A stretch of DNA of 64,000 nt. Source: Methanobacteriota archaeon (GTDB taxonomy: Archaea > JAADCQ01 > Methanopyri > Methanopyrales > Methanopyraceae). A model generated the notes under the pieces. The model was given only the letters and a program-made list of their open reading frames with translations. It did not search any database and was not told where the DNA came from. The position numbers were made by a program, and so were the translations under genes. Position 1 is the stretch's first letter. Each line of letters opens with the position of its first letter. The stretch lies in the NCBI GenBank assembly GCA_027064425.1, contig JAMOPO010000057.1, positions 1 through 64,000 of the forward strand, in the 5' to 3' direction. Below, piece by piece: positions 16,983 to 26,037 of this stretch.

Positions 16983-18059
16983 ATGATCCCGCCGTTCCAG
17001 GCCCTCGTAACCTGCCCGGCCGGGTTCGAGTTCAAGTGCATCTCAGAGCTGGAAGGGCTGCTGAGGGAGGAGGACCCGTACGTCGAGGTCGAGCCGACCT
17101 ACTTCAAGGGAGTCGTGGTCGTCCGCTCCGAGCTCGAGCCGGAGGACATCGTCGAGAAGATCCGGGAGGAGGACACGGACTGGGTGGCCCGGGCGGTCCC
17201 CATCCACCGGACCGTGCGCGCCGAGCTGGGCGCGATCGAGCGGGCCGCGGTCGCCCTGGCCCGGCGCAAGCTCGACGAGGACACCTCCTTCGCCGTGCGG
17301 TGCCGCAAGCGCGGCCAGCCGCCCTTCAGCCGCCGGGACGTGGAGGTGGAGGTCGGGGCGGCCGTCAAGGAGGCGACCGGCGCCCCCGTCGACCTGGAGG
17401 AGCCGGACTACGTCGTCCGGGTGGAGGTGCTCCAGGACACGGCCGGCGTTGCCGTGATCCCGCCCGACATGATCGTTCGGAAGGAGGTCAAGCGCGTCCG
17501 CAAGTGGAGCCCCGGAATGCGACCCATCTCCCGCTCCCAGCTGAAGATGCGCGAGCTCCTGAAGAAGCACCCGTACCTGGTCCGAGAGGGCTGGAGCGCG
17601 ATCGACCTCGGCGCGGCCCCGGGCGGCTGGACGTACGAGATCGCCCAGCGCGTCAAGCCGGGGAAGGTGTACGCGGTCGACCCGGGCGACCTCCATCCGA
17701 AGGTCCGCGAGCTGGACAACGTGGTGCACCTCCAGAAGCGCGGCGAGGAGCTCACGGAGGAGGACGTGCCGGAGAAGGTCCGGCTGGTGACGAGCGACCT
17801 GAACCGCGTGCACACGGAGGCGGCCGAGGTCACGCTCGACGTCGCGGACAGGTTCCTCGAGCCCGGCGGGTTCGTGGTGCAGACCGTGAAGCTGGCCGTG
17901 GACCCGGAGACGGGCGAGTACGCGGCCCCGGACGTGGAGACGGCGGTCTCCGAGGTCGAGCTGGAGTACGAGAACCGCGGGTACGAGGTCATGGCCATCG
18001 AGTTCCTGAAGCATAACACGCCGAAGGAGCGCACCATCGTCGCCCGGAAGGAGGGCTGA
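16983..18059 (+). CDS. THUMP plus FtsJ/RrmJ-type RNA 2'-O-methyltransferase (RlmM-like architecture)
   Basis: SFAVRCRKRG..VDLEEPD (THUMP); SRSQLK, DLGAAPGGWT, TSDLN, QTVK, KER (K-D-K-E tetrad). Confidence 0.85.
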   Translation: MIPPFQALVTCPAGFEFKCISELEGLLREEDPYVEVEPTYFKGVVVVRSELEPEDIVEKIREEDTDWVARAVPIHRTVRAELGAIERAAVALARRKLDEDTSFAVRCRKRGQPPFSRRDVEVEVGAAVKEATGAPVDLEEPDYVVRVEVLQDTAGVAVIPPDMIVRKEVKRVRKWSPGMRPISRSQLKMRELLKKHPYLVREGWSAIDLGAAPGGWTYEIAQRVKPGKVYAVDPGDLHPKVRELDNVVHLQKRGEELTEEDVPEKVRLVTSDLNRVHTEAAEVTLDVADRFLEPGGFVVQTVKLAVDPETGEYAAPDVETAVSEVELEYENRGYEVMAIEFLKHNTPKERTIVARKEG

Positions 18060-18061
18060 GC

Positions 18062-18580
18062 GTGCTCCGCACGGGCTCCACCATCGAGTGGGGCCCGTGG
18101 AGGGCCAAGGTGGCCGCCGTGCTCGAGGAGGGTGGCTCCCGGTTCCTGATCACGGGGCTCACGGGCGAGGTTCCGAAGCGGGTGCGCGGTCAGGGAGTGA
18201 CCTGCGAGCTGGCGCTCCGGGACCCCGTGGGCAAGTTCGCCGCGTACTGGGCCGACCCTGAGCGGTCCGAGGTCACGGAGACCGGCTCCCCGAAGCCCGG
18301 CGTGTGCGCGGTGCACCTGGGCGACTCGTGGGTGCTCACCGAGGTGATCGACGTGGGTCGCCGGGAGTTCACGATCAGGCTGCCGAACGCCCGCATCCCG
18401 AGGCCGGAGGATGCCGGGGCGCCGGTGGCTCAGGACGAGCGCGTCGTCGGGATGCTGTACATGTACTTCCTTGAGGATGACTGCGTCGGTCGGGCCGTGA
18501 GGATAGACTTTATTGAATCGAGGCTGAGGGACGCCGCCAGGAAACTCCGGGGGAGCGACCGTGAGCGCGGTGATCTTTGA
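18062..18580 (+). CDS. Hypothetical protein, possible catalytically dead trypsin-like fold
   Basis: EDAGAPVAQDERVVGML resembles GDSGxPV..G.VVG. Confidence 0.6.
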   Translation: MLRTGSTIEWGPWRAKVAAVLEEGGSRFLITGLTGEVPKRVRGQGVTCELALRDPVGKFAAYWADPERSEVTETGSPKPGVCAVHLGDSWVLTEVIDVGRREFTIRLPNARIPRPEDAGAPVAQDERVVGMLYMYFLEDDCVGRAVRIDFIESRLRDAARKLRGSDRERGDL

Positions 18581-19556
18581 CCTGGAGGGACCGCTGTCGC
18601 CGATGGATCACGCTTACGAGGTCATGAAGGAGCACGTGCCGGACGGCGACCGGCTCTTCGAGGTGATCAGCCGGTACGACGACGTCGTGTACTTCGAGGA
18701 GCGGCGGGAGGGGTACGAGCCGGGCACCACCCTGGCGCTGATCGTACCGTTCCTGCTCGCGCACGGTGTCACGGAGGAGGATCTGAGGAAAGTGTCCGAG
18801 CGGGCGGACCTCACGCCCGGCGCGCTGGAGACCGTAAGGGAGCTGACCTGCCCGAAGTTCATCGCGTCGACCAGCTACGAGCAGCACGCGCTGACCGTGG
18901 CCAGCCGGCTGGGGATCCCGGAGGAGAACGTGTACTGCACCCGGCTACCCCTCGACTCCGCCCCGGAGCTCACGGACGAGGAGCGGGAGCTCGTGCGAGA
19001 GATCGAGCGCGAGCTCCTGGACCTGCACCCGCCGGACGAGGTCGACGACCGCGAGCTCGTGGAGACCGTGGACGAGCTGCTGGGGCGGCTGGAGGGGACG
19101 AAGGTGGGCGAGTTCTGCTCCCAGATCAAGGTCGTCGGCGGGACCAGAAAGGCGGAGGCCGTCGAGGACGTCTGCGAGTCGCTCGGGCTCGAGACCTCGG
19201 AGGTCGCGTGCATCGGTGACAGCATCACGGACGTGGAGATGCTGCGCGCGGTCCGCGAAGGGGGCGGGCTCGCCGTCGCCTTCAACGGGAACGAGTACTG
19301 CGTGCCGGAGGCGGACGTGGCCGTGGCGGCCCCCTCCCTGATCGCGGTCCTGCCGATCCTGGAGACCTTCTTCGAGCACGGGAAGGAGGAGGCCCTCGAG
19401 GTCGCCTTCGAGCTGGAGGGTCGGGAGGTCAACCCGGGCGTCGAGGCCGAGGTCCTGGTGGTGAAGGAGGCGACCAAGGACGAGCTGGAGGAGTTCGTGG
19501 AGCGCTCCAAGGAGATGCGCGAGCGGGTCCGCGGTGAGGCCGGGAAGCTAGGCTGA
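18561..19556 (+). CDS. HAD-superfamily hydrolase (COG4030/EhaR-like)
   Basis: FDLEGPLS, STSYEQ, VGGTRK, IGDSITD, AFNGNEY. Confidence 0.85.
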   Translation: MSAVIFDLEGPLSPMDHAYEVMKEHVPDGDRLFEVISRYDDVVYFEERREGYEPGTTLALIVPFLLAHGVTEEDLRKVSERADLTPGALETVRELTCPKFIASTSYEQHALTVASRLGIPEENVYCTRLPLDSAPELTDEERELVREIERELLDLHPPDEVDDRELVETVDELLGRLEGTKVGEFCSQIKVVGGTRKAEAVEDVCESLGLETSEVACIGDSITDVEMLRAVREGGGLAVAFNGNEYCVPEADVAVAAPSLIAVLPILETFFEHGKEEALEVAFELEGREVNPGVEAEVLVVKEATKDELEEFVERSKEMRERVRGEAGKLG

Positions 19557-20954
19557 TTCGCCGGGCGATTCCTCCGCCTCGGAGTACCGCCGGGCCAGCT
19601 CGGCGTGGTGCTTCGCCAGCCGGGCCCGGAACTCCTTGAGGTTCAGCGGCTTGGCCCGGTGGTTCTCCATCACGATGGCCCGATCCGCCGCGGCCGTGAA
19701 GTCGTCCAGGACGCCCGTCGCCGCGATGATCGTGACGCCGCGCGAGGTGATCTCCTCCTTCACCTCCACCAGCGTTCTAATCCCCTCCAGCTTGCGCGTC
19801 AGCACTCCGGGGACGAGCAGGTTCACGGCCGCCTTGTCCTCATCGATGAACAGGATCTTCGCCCCCTCCTCCACCGCCCGCTGGATCTCCGCCGCCATCT
19901 TCATCGAGCCGCTGGCCACGCCGTGCACGTTCTCGGGGCTCCCCTCGTACCCCGGGGGCAGCTCCCGGAAGAACAGGCTGACGTCCTCCCCGCGCATCCG
20001 CCTCACCCCGGCCTCCGCCCGCGCCGTCCGCCGGACCGTGACCACGTACTCCCGACCATCCCCGGGCGCGTGGTCGTCCTTCCCCGCCTCGATCGCGTTG
20101 ATGAGCGTCGTCTTCCCCTGCGCGTTCGCCCCCGCGACCGCGAACATCTCCCCCTCGTAGATGGGCAGGAACCGACGCTTCTCCCCCGTCCACGGGAGCT
20201 TCAGCTCCAGCGGCTCCAGCCCCGCCTCCTCATCCTCCGGGATCTCGAACGGGACGTGCGGGTCCGGCTTCGGACCCGCGATCCGGTAGTGCCTCCTCAC
20301 GTCGGTGAACCGGCGGGCGGGGCGCGTCCCCTCCCCGATCAGCGAGACCACCCGGCGCCCATCGTGCGTCAGCTCCCCCGACTCCAGCCGCTCCCGAAGC
20401 TCCCGCTGGTCCAGCACGACGTGGCACGTCCGCAGTATCTCCTTACGAGGCACGCTCCGCACGACGTCCCGCAGCGCGTCCAGGGCCTCGAAGACGCCGT
20501 CCAGCACCCGCTCGTCGCTCCAGTCCGGTGGGAAGAGCATCTTGACCGACAGCAAGACCTCCCGCGAGCCCCGGAGGACCCTGTTGGATCTCCCCGGCAT
20601 CCACAGCGGCGGCGTCTTGAACCCGTGCAGCCGGACGACGGTGCACGGCTCGGTGAGCTTCTTCGCCTTCTTGTGATCAACCAGCCGGCCTGAGACCGGG
20701 TAGAGGGAGCGCTCCTCCAGGGACTCGCGCTTGATCCGCTCAATGATCGGGTGCGCGGCCGCGTCCTCCGCGCCCCTCGGCACCTTCTTCAGATCGCGCC
20801 GGTACACGCGCACCGGGACGCTGATGCGCACGGCGTCCGAGCCGCGGACCGCGTACCATCGTTTACCCCGGGAGCGCTCCGTCATCCGCTCGGGACACCA
20901 GCGTACGTCGGTCGGTAGGTCCAGCGCCCGGAGCCTCTCCTCGAGCCGCCTCAC
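19548..20954 (-). CDS. Predicted ABC-class ATPase (COG3044-like)
   Basis: Walker A GANAQGKTT, HAPGDGREYVVT, ASGS..MAA, LFIDEDKAAVN. Confidence 0.82.
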   Translation of the reverse strand: MRRLEERLRALDLPTDVRWCPERMTERSRGKRWYAVRGSDAVRISVPVRVYRRDLKKVPRGAEDAAAHPIIERIKRESLEERSLYPVSGRLVDHKKAKKLTEPCTVVRLHGFKTPPLWMPGRSNRVLRGSREVLLSVKMLFPPDWSDERVLDGVFEALDALRDVVRSVPRKEILRTCHVVLDQRELRERLESGELTHDGRRVVSLIGEGTRPARRFTDVRRHYRIAGPKPDPHVPFEIPEDEEAGLEPLELKLPWTGEKRRFLPIYEGEMFAVAGANAQGKTTLINAIEAGKDDHAPGDGREYVVTVRRTARAEAGVRRMRGEDVSLFFRELPPGYEGSPENVHGVASGSMKMAAEIQRAVEEGAKILFIDEDKAAVNLLVPGVLTRKLEGIRTLVEVKEEITSRGVTIIAATGVLDDFTAAADRAIVMENHRAKPLNLKEFRARLAKHHAELARRYSEAEESPGESA

Positions 20955-20960
20955 GGCCCA

Positions 20961-21530
20961 TCATCCCATGAAGAACAGGGTCTTGCTCTCCAGGATCGAC
21001 CGGCCGGAGTTGAGCTCCCGCTCGGCCCCCTTCATCACCCGGTAGGAGGCGTTCACGTGCCTCATCGCCGCGCCGAAGTCGCCCGACTGCGCCGCCTCAA
21101 TGCCGCGCTTAAACTCGCGCAGCGCGCGCCGGTACTTGGCCAGGCCGCGCTTCATCAGCCCGAGAGCCCGCCGGACCTCCGGATCCTGGGTGGCGCCCAC
21201 CAGCCGCAACCCGCGCTCGAGGTGAGCCAGGCTGGCCTCCGCGAGCTCGAGCGCACGGGAGTAGTGCCGGTGCGCCTGGACCATGTCCCGAGTGACCCGG
21301 GGCAGGACCGTGAGGGCGGTGGTGGGGCCGGCGGTGGCCACCGCGCGGGAGGCATCCCGCATGAGCTCGTCGCCCCGCGCCTTCTCGTGGAGCGCCTGCC
21401 GGGAGAGCTCGCCGGCCATCATCAGGTCGTGGACCGCGCTCGGCAGGTTCAGGAGGACGTCCCACTGGATCGAGGCGGCGGAGGCCAGCAGGCAGACTAT
21501 TGAAATCAGGGCGTACTCCCTCGGGCCCAC
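20961..21530 (-). CDS. Secreted/membrane-anchored helical hypothetical protein
   Basis: GTG 21530; N-terminal hydrophobic YALISIVCLLASAA, amphipathic helices. Confidence 0.6.
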   Translation of the reverse strand: MGPREYALISIVCLLASAASIQWDVLLNLPSAVHDLMMAGELSRQALHEKARGDELMRDASRAVATAGPTTALTVLPRVTRDMVQAHRHYSRALELAEASLAHLERGLRLVGATQDPEVRRALGLMKRGLAKYRRALREFKRGIEAAQSGDFGAAMRHVNASYRVMKGAERELNSGRSILESKTLFFMG

Positions 21531-21558
21531 GCTAACCGCCCCGCGCGGGTGGTGAGCG

Positions 21559-21822
21559 TTGGCCGGCGGGTCCGAGCTGCGAGAGATTATAAACAAAATG
21601 CTCCACGACCCGCGCGAGGACCCGTCCCGCTACACCTTCTACGTCGTGGACCGTGGGGAACCATCCCAGCTCCGGGAGGTGCGAGGGGACGAGATCGAGG
21701 GCGTCGAGCGGGGATTTCTCCGCGTCTACGGGGCGGAGATCCCGCTGCACCGCGTCGTCCGCGTGGTCAGGGACGGGGAAGTGATCTGGGAACGCGGGCG
21801 GCGAGCTCCGGGCGGTCGATGA
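21559..21822 (+). CDS. UPF0248/DUF504 (MJ1316-like) RNA-binding protein
   Basis: LREIINKMLHDP..YVVDRG..EIPLHRVVRV..GEVIWER. Confidence 0.85.
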   Translation: MAGGSELREIINKMLHDPREDPSRYTFYVVDRGEPSQLREVRGDEIEGVERGFLRVYGAEIPLHRVVRVVRDGEVIWERGRRAPGGR

Positions 21823-22741
21823 AGGCCAGGGCCGCCACCGCCCCGATCTTGCCCCGCTCGCGCTCCCCGAGCCCGACCACCTCGATCCCCTCCCGCTCGA
21901 TGACCTCCTCGACCTCCTCCAGCTCCACGACCCGCAGCTTGGCAGCGTGCCCCAGGTCGACCACGCTGCGCGGGACCTCGAGCTCCTCCCAGAAGGCGAC
22001 CCAGGTGCAGTCGGAGAAGCAGTACTCGGAGAGCAGGCTCAGGAACTCCTCCTTCGCCTCCTCGACCCGGCCCGGCTCGACGCCGAGCTCGACCGCGACC
22101 GCCGCGCAGTTCTGCGTGCGACCGGGCGTCCCCGGGTACAGCTGCACGATCACGTGCCGAGAGTAGAACAGCTCCCCGTCCCACTCCTCCTCCAGCCTCC
22201 TGCACACCACGTCCACGGCGGACCACGTGGCGCCGCGCTCCCGGGTGTCCGTGTCGTCCACGCCGATCAGCAGCCGGCGGAGCTTGGGCGTGATCACCGT
22301 GCCGCGCCCGAGCCGGGATCCCCCGCCCTCCTCGTGGATCTTGACGCGCAGGACGCCCTCCGCGCACCCTCGGGCCAGGGCCGCCCCCACCCCGGCCCCG
22401 GCCAGCCCCGCGTGGGTGATCCTGACCTCGTCGTCGACGACCTCAACCCGCTCCACCCCGGCGGCGCGGACGCTCGGCTCCAGAGACAGGTCCGCGCGGC
22501 CGACCCGAAGCAGGAAGAAGTGCCGGCGTCCCTCGCGCCACGCGCGCTCGACGAGCGGGCTCGTCGCCGCGTACTGCCGGATCATCCACTCGGCGCCCGT
22601 CGGCGTCGGGTGATCCTCGACGAGCAGCACGCGGTCCTCACGCTTACCCACCATCGTCGCCACGCGCTCGTACTGGGTGACCCATCCCTTCTCTCGGCAC
22701 CGCTCGCGAGCCTCCTCGGGCGTCAGTTCCAACCCGGTCAC
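21767..22741 (-). CDS. Methanogenesis marker protein 11 (TiaS-related domain)
   Basis: HAGLAGAGVGA, GGGSRLG, IGVDDTDT..GATW, QLYP...TQNC, GKIGAVAAL. Confidence 0.85.
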   Translation of the reverse strand: MTGLELTPEEARERCREKGWVTQYERVATMVGKREDRVLLVEDHPTPTGAEWMIRQYAATSPLVERAWREGRRHFFLLRVGRADLSLEPSVRAAGVERVEVVDDEVRITHAGLAGAGVGAALARGCAEGVLRVKIHEEGGGSRLGRGTVITPKLRRLLIGVDDTDTRERGATWSAVDVVCRRLEEEWDGELFYSRHVIVQLYPGTPGRTQNCAAVAVELGVEPGRVEEAKEEFLSLLSEYCFSDCTWVAFWEELEVPRSVVDLGHAAKLRVVELEEVEEVIEREGIEVVGLGERERGKIGAVAALAFIDRPELAARVPRSLPRP

Positions 22742-22749
22742 CCCGGGGA

Positions 22750-23250
22750 GTGGCGGCCTTGTCGGAGACGGTGATGTACGACTTCGACCCGGACAGCTGG
22801 GTGCTGGTGCCCACGCTGCACGCCGTGGAGCGCATCCGAGGTAGGGAGCTGTCCCCCTCCGCGGACGTGCCCGAGGTGGTTGAGCGCCTGCGGGAGCTGG
22901 CGAGAGAGGCGGAGGTGCTCATCAGGAACGACGTGTGGATCGCGGTGGGCTCGGAGCGGGCGCTGGTCATGTCGGAGATGAGGGTGAAGCGCTTCGAGGC
23001 CTACGAGGAAGAGCTCCGGCGCCACCTCGACCGGCTGGACCCCTCCTACTCCGTGTACGTGGTCACGTCGGAGGGGTGCGAGCCGACCACGGTCGGCCAG
23101 CTGGACCTGGACGAGCTGAGCGAGGAGTACGACCGCGTCAGGTTCTCCGGCGAGTCCCGCACGCTCGTGCTGGTGCGGGAGGGGGAGCGGGCGCTGGCGG
23201 TGATCACGGTCCGCCCGCCTAAGAAGAGGGAGAGGAGGCTTCTCGAATGA
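22750..23250 (+). CDS. Hypothetical protein
   Basis: Genome-typical acidic ORF; TLHAVERI motif. Confidence 0.65.
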   Translation: MAALSETVMYDFDPDSWVLVPTLHAVERIRGRELSPSADVPEVVERLRELAREAEVLIRNDVWIAVGSERALVMSEMRVKRFEAYEEELRRHLDRLDPSYSVYVVTSEGCEPTTVGQLDLDELSEEYDRVRFSGESRTLVLVREGERALAVITVRPPKKRERRLLE

Positions 23251-23971
23251 CGCGCTCCACCAGCCGGGCGACCAGGTTGCCCTCCCGAGCGTTCCGGGCC
23301 GTCGTGACCAGGAAGATCTCCTGGGTGGCGGCGCCCTCGGAGAGCAGCAGCTTCAGGTTCCCGTGCTCGTCCGACCGGGTGACCTTGAGCCGAACTCCAC
23401 CACCGCCCCGCGTTCCCTTGGCCCCGATCCGGCCCGGGATCACGCGCTTGATGTAGGGGATGGAGGCCACGCGGAGGATCAGCTCCTTCCCGCGCCGGCC
23501 GCCGATGATCGTCGAGTGACTGCCGCCGAGCTTCCTCTCCGGCGGCTCGTCCACGGTCGGAAGCCGATCGCTGGCCTCCAGCTCCGCCTTAACGTGGTCG
23601 ACCACCTCCTCCAGCTCGGCCCGGTGCAGCTCGCACTCCACGCCCGAGATGCGCTCGACCCGGTCGACGATCCAGGGCGGGGTGTCCGCGCCGATCGCCC
23701 GCTTGGGCCGGGCCGCGTGGATGGTCTCGGCGAGCTCCTCCACGAGGTTGCGGAGGAGGATGCCGTTCGGGTCGCCGGACAGGGCGCGCTCGACCCGGTG
23801 CTCGTCCTCCCGGGAGAGGAACACCGCCTCGTACCGGGGCCGCTCCGGGTCCGGGTCCACCGTGAACACGACGTGGGGGAAGGTGGGGGCGTCGCAGTAG
23901 GGGCAGCGGTAGGGCGGGCGCACCTCGGCGCCGCACTTCCGGCAGCGCACCGGGTGGTGGAGCCCCCTCAC
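23219..23971 (-). CDS. Zn-ribbon plus DUF2103 metal-binding protein (COG4031-like)
   Basis: CRKCG..YRCPYC; KLGGSHSTIIGGRRG, KRVIPGRI; GTGA overlap with hmgA stop. Confidence 0.85.
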   Translation of the reverse strand: MRGLHHPVRCRKCGAEVRPPYRCPYCDAPTFPHVVFTVDPDPERPRYEAVFLSREDEHRVERALSGDPNGILLRNLVEELAETIHAARPKRAIGADTPPWIVDRVERISGVECELHRAELEEVVDHVKAELEASDRLPTVDEPPERKLGGSHSTIIGGRRGKELILRVASIPYIKRVIPGRIGAKGTRGGGGVRLKVTRSDEHGNLKLLLSEGAATQEIFLVTTARNAREGNLVARLVERVIREASSPSS

Positions 23972-25200
23972 CGGCCGAGGAGCCGGTGGGCGCGTCCCAG
24001 GTGACCCGCCGCCAGCGCGGCGACCAGGGAGAGCTCCCCGGCCAGGACCGCGGCCGCCACCACCTCGGCGAACTCCTTCGCGTTCACGCCCGGCGGGTCG
24101 CCGCCACCCGCCACGCCGAGGATCTCGAGGCACTCGCGCTGGGTCTCGACCCCGGTGCCGCCGCCCACGGTGCCCACGTTGAGGCTCGGGATCGTCACGC
24201 TCGCGTACAGGTCGCCGTCCTCGGTCACCTCCATGATCGTGTACCCGGTCGATCCGTCCACGACGTGCGCCTCGTCCTGCCCCGTCGCCAGGAAGATGGC
24301 CGCCACGACGTTCGCGTGGTGCGCGTTGAAGCCGAGGTTACCCGCCGTAGCCGAGCCGACCAGGTTCTTGCGGTAGTTGACCTCGGCCATCGCCTCGGGG
24401 GTCGTCTTCAGCTTCTCCTCGACCACGTCGGCCGGCACCTCTACCTCCGCCACGACCGTCCGACCGCGGCCCAGGACGTTGTTCAGCCAGGAGGGCTTCT
24501 TGTCCACGCACACGTTCCCGCTCACGGACACGCACTTCGCGTCCGGGTAGTTCTCCTCGATCCACTTGACCGCCTCCTCGACGGCGATCGTGACCATGTT
24601 CATGCCCATCGCGTCCTTCGTGTCGAACTCGAACCGCAGGAACACGTGCCGGCCCGTGATGAACTCCTGGATGTCCAGCAGCTCGCCGTGCCGCGTCGTG
24701 CTCTCCGCCACCTCCTTGATCTCGTCGAAGTGCTCCCGCACCCACTCCACGAAGTCGAGCGCCTTCCGAACGTTCGGGAGCTTGAACACGGGGGCCCGCG
24801 TCATCGCGTCCCTCACGATCCGAGCGTGGGCGCCGCCGGACTCGGTGATGACGGAGCAGCCCCGGTTCACCGAGGCGACGAGCGCGCCCTCCGTGGTCGC
24901 CAGCGGGATGTAGTACTCCCCGTCCGCGTACTCCCCGCGCACGCGCAGCGGCCCGGCGATGCCGACCGGGATCTGGACGGCGCCGATCATGTTCTCGATG
25001 TTCTTGTCCATCGCCCGGTTCGCGTCGATCGTGTACTTACCGAGGTGCTCGAGCCTGGCACCCGTGAGCTTCTCCACGGCCCGGCGCCGCACCTCCGTCG
25101 CCAGCTCGCTGTCCCCGTCCGTGTACTCCTCCACCTCGTAGAACTTGATCTCACCCTTCGCGACCTTCTCCGCGAGCTCCTCGATCTTCTCCTCGTCCAC
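23968..25200 (-). CDS. hmgA: HMG-CoA reductase (class I)
   Basis: ENMIG, PLATTEGALVASVNRG, DAMGMNM, SGNVCVDKK, GTVGGGT, GELSL, AHRLLG. Confidence 0.96.
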   Translation of the reverse strand: MDEEKIEELAEKVAKGEIKFYEVEEYTDGDSELATEVRRRAVEKLTGARLEHLGKYTIDANRAMDKNIENMIGAVQIPVGIAGPLRVRGEYADGEYYIPLATTEGALVASVNRGCSVITESGGAHARIVRDAMTRAPVFKLPNVRKALDFVEWVREHFDEIKEVAESTTRHGELLDIQEFITGRHVFLRFEFDTKDAMGMNMVTIAVEEAVKWIEENYPDAKCVSVSGNVCVDKKPSWLNNVLGRGRTVVAEVEVPADVVEEKLKTTPEAMAEVNYRKNLVGSATAGNLGFNAHHANVVAAIFLATGQDEAHVVDGSTGYTIMEVTEDGDLYASVTIPSLNVGTVGGGTGVETQRECLEILGVAGGGDPPGVNAKEFAEVVAAAVLAGELSLVAALAAGHLGRAHRLLGR

Positions 25201-25233
25201 CGAACGACCCCCACCGAACGGTCGCCCGCGGGG

Positions 25234-25791
25234 CTAAAAGCGGCTCGAAGCGCGCCTGGGTCGCGCGCCGATCCGGGCCAGCTCGCCCACGATCCTTCTC
25301 GCGTCCTCCGCGGCCCGGCCGGTCAGGGTCAGGAGGGGCTCCCCGTCGGGACCATCCAGGGCCAGGACCTGCCGGGAGGCGAGCGGGAAGCCGAGCGCCA
25401 GGGCGAAGGGTGCCCGGACGCGCCCCAGCAGCGAGACCACGAGCAGGTCACCGCGCAGCTCGGTGCGCGCCAGAATCCGGGGGCTCTTCGCGACGTGCCC
25501 GGACGCCCTCGCACCGCGCAACAGGTCGACCGCGCGCCGAAGGTGGCGCGCGGCCAGCCTGCGGTACAGGCGGTGGGGACCCTCGCGACCCACCCGGCGA
25601 CTCACCTCGCGCCGCAGCTCCTCGCGCAGGCCGGGGCTGAACCGGCTGGGGACCACCACCCGGGCTTCCCCGGTGCTCGTCACGTGTACGTACGCGAGCA
25701 CCCGGTCCCGGATCACCCGGATGGTGCCGTGGAAGACGGCCCAGCACGCGCCCCGGACGAGGCTTCGGGCGAGCTCGCGGTAGTACCGCAA
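25234..25791 (-). CDS. Basic hypothetical protein
   Basis: 185-aa ORF co-oriented with flanking genes; no recognised motif. Confidence 0.5.
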   Translation of the reverse strand: MRYYRELARSLVRGACWAVFHGTIRVIRDRVLAYVHVTSTGEARVVVPSRFSPGLREELRREVSRRVGREGPHRLYRRLAARHLRRAVDLLRGARASGHVAKSPRILARTELRGDLLVVSLLGRVRAPFALALGFPLASRQVLALDGPDGEPLLTLTGRAAEDARRIVGELARIGARPRRASSRF

Positions 25792-25833
25792 CCCGGCACC
25801 ACTCCGCCGATCGTGCCCGGGGACCGTGGGAGG

Positions 25834-25967
25834 GGGTGTCCCCGGGCGTGGGCCCCCCTCTCATCCCGACGCGGTGCGGCGTCGAGGGGGTCCCGCCGGG
25901 GCCTGTGCCGGGGCGCCGTACCGGGCGATCATCGACGGCTGACGCCGACTCACGCCCGTCCCCGGGG
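25834..25967 (-). ncRNA. Two-hairpin box H/ACA guide RNA candidate
   Basis: Each hairpin has lower stem, pocket, upper stem, GA/GAUGA K-turn and ACA 14-15 nt below the upper stem (ACA at 25904-06 and 25837-39). Confidence 0.75.
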
Positions 25968-25978
25968 ATGAGCGTGAC

Positions 25979-26037
25979 GGCCTCAGTCGGCGCCGCACTC
26001 TTCACCGATCAGGGCCGGGCAAGAGTCGTCATCGGCC
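25979..26037 (-). ncRNA. Box C/D guide sRNA candidate
   Basis: GGCC/CCGATGA-CGACTCTTGCCCGGCC-CTGA-TCG-GTGAAGA-GTGCGGCGCCGA-CTGA-GGCC; C box contains the upstream gene's stop codon. Confidence 0.85.
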
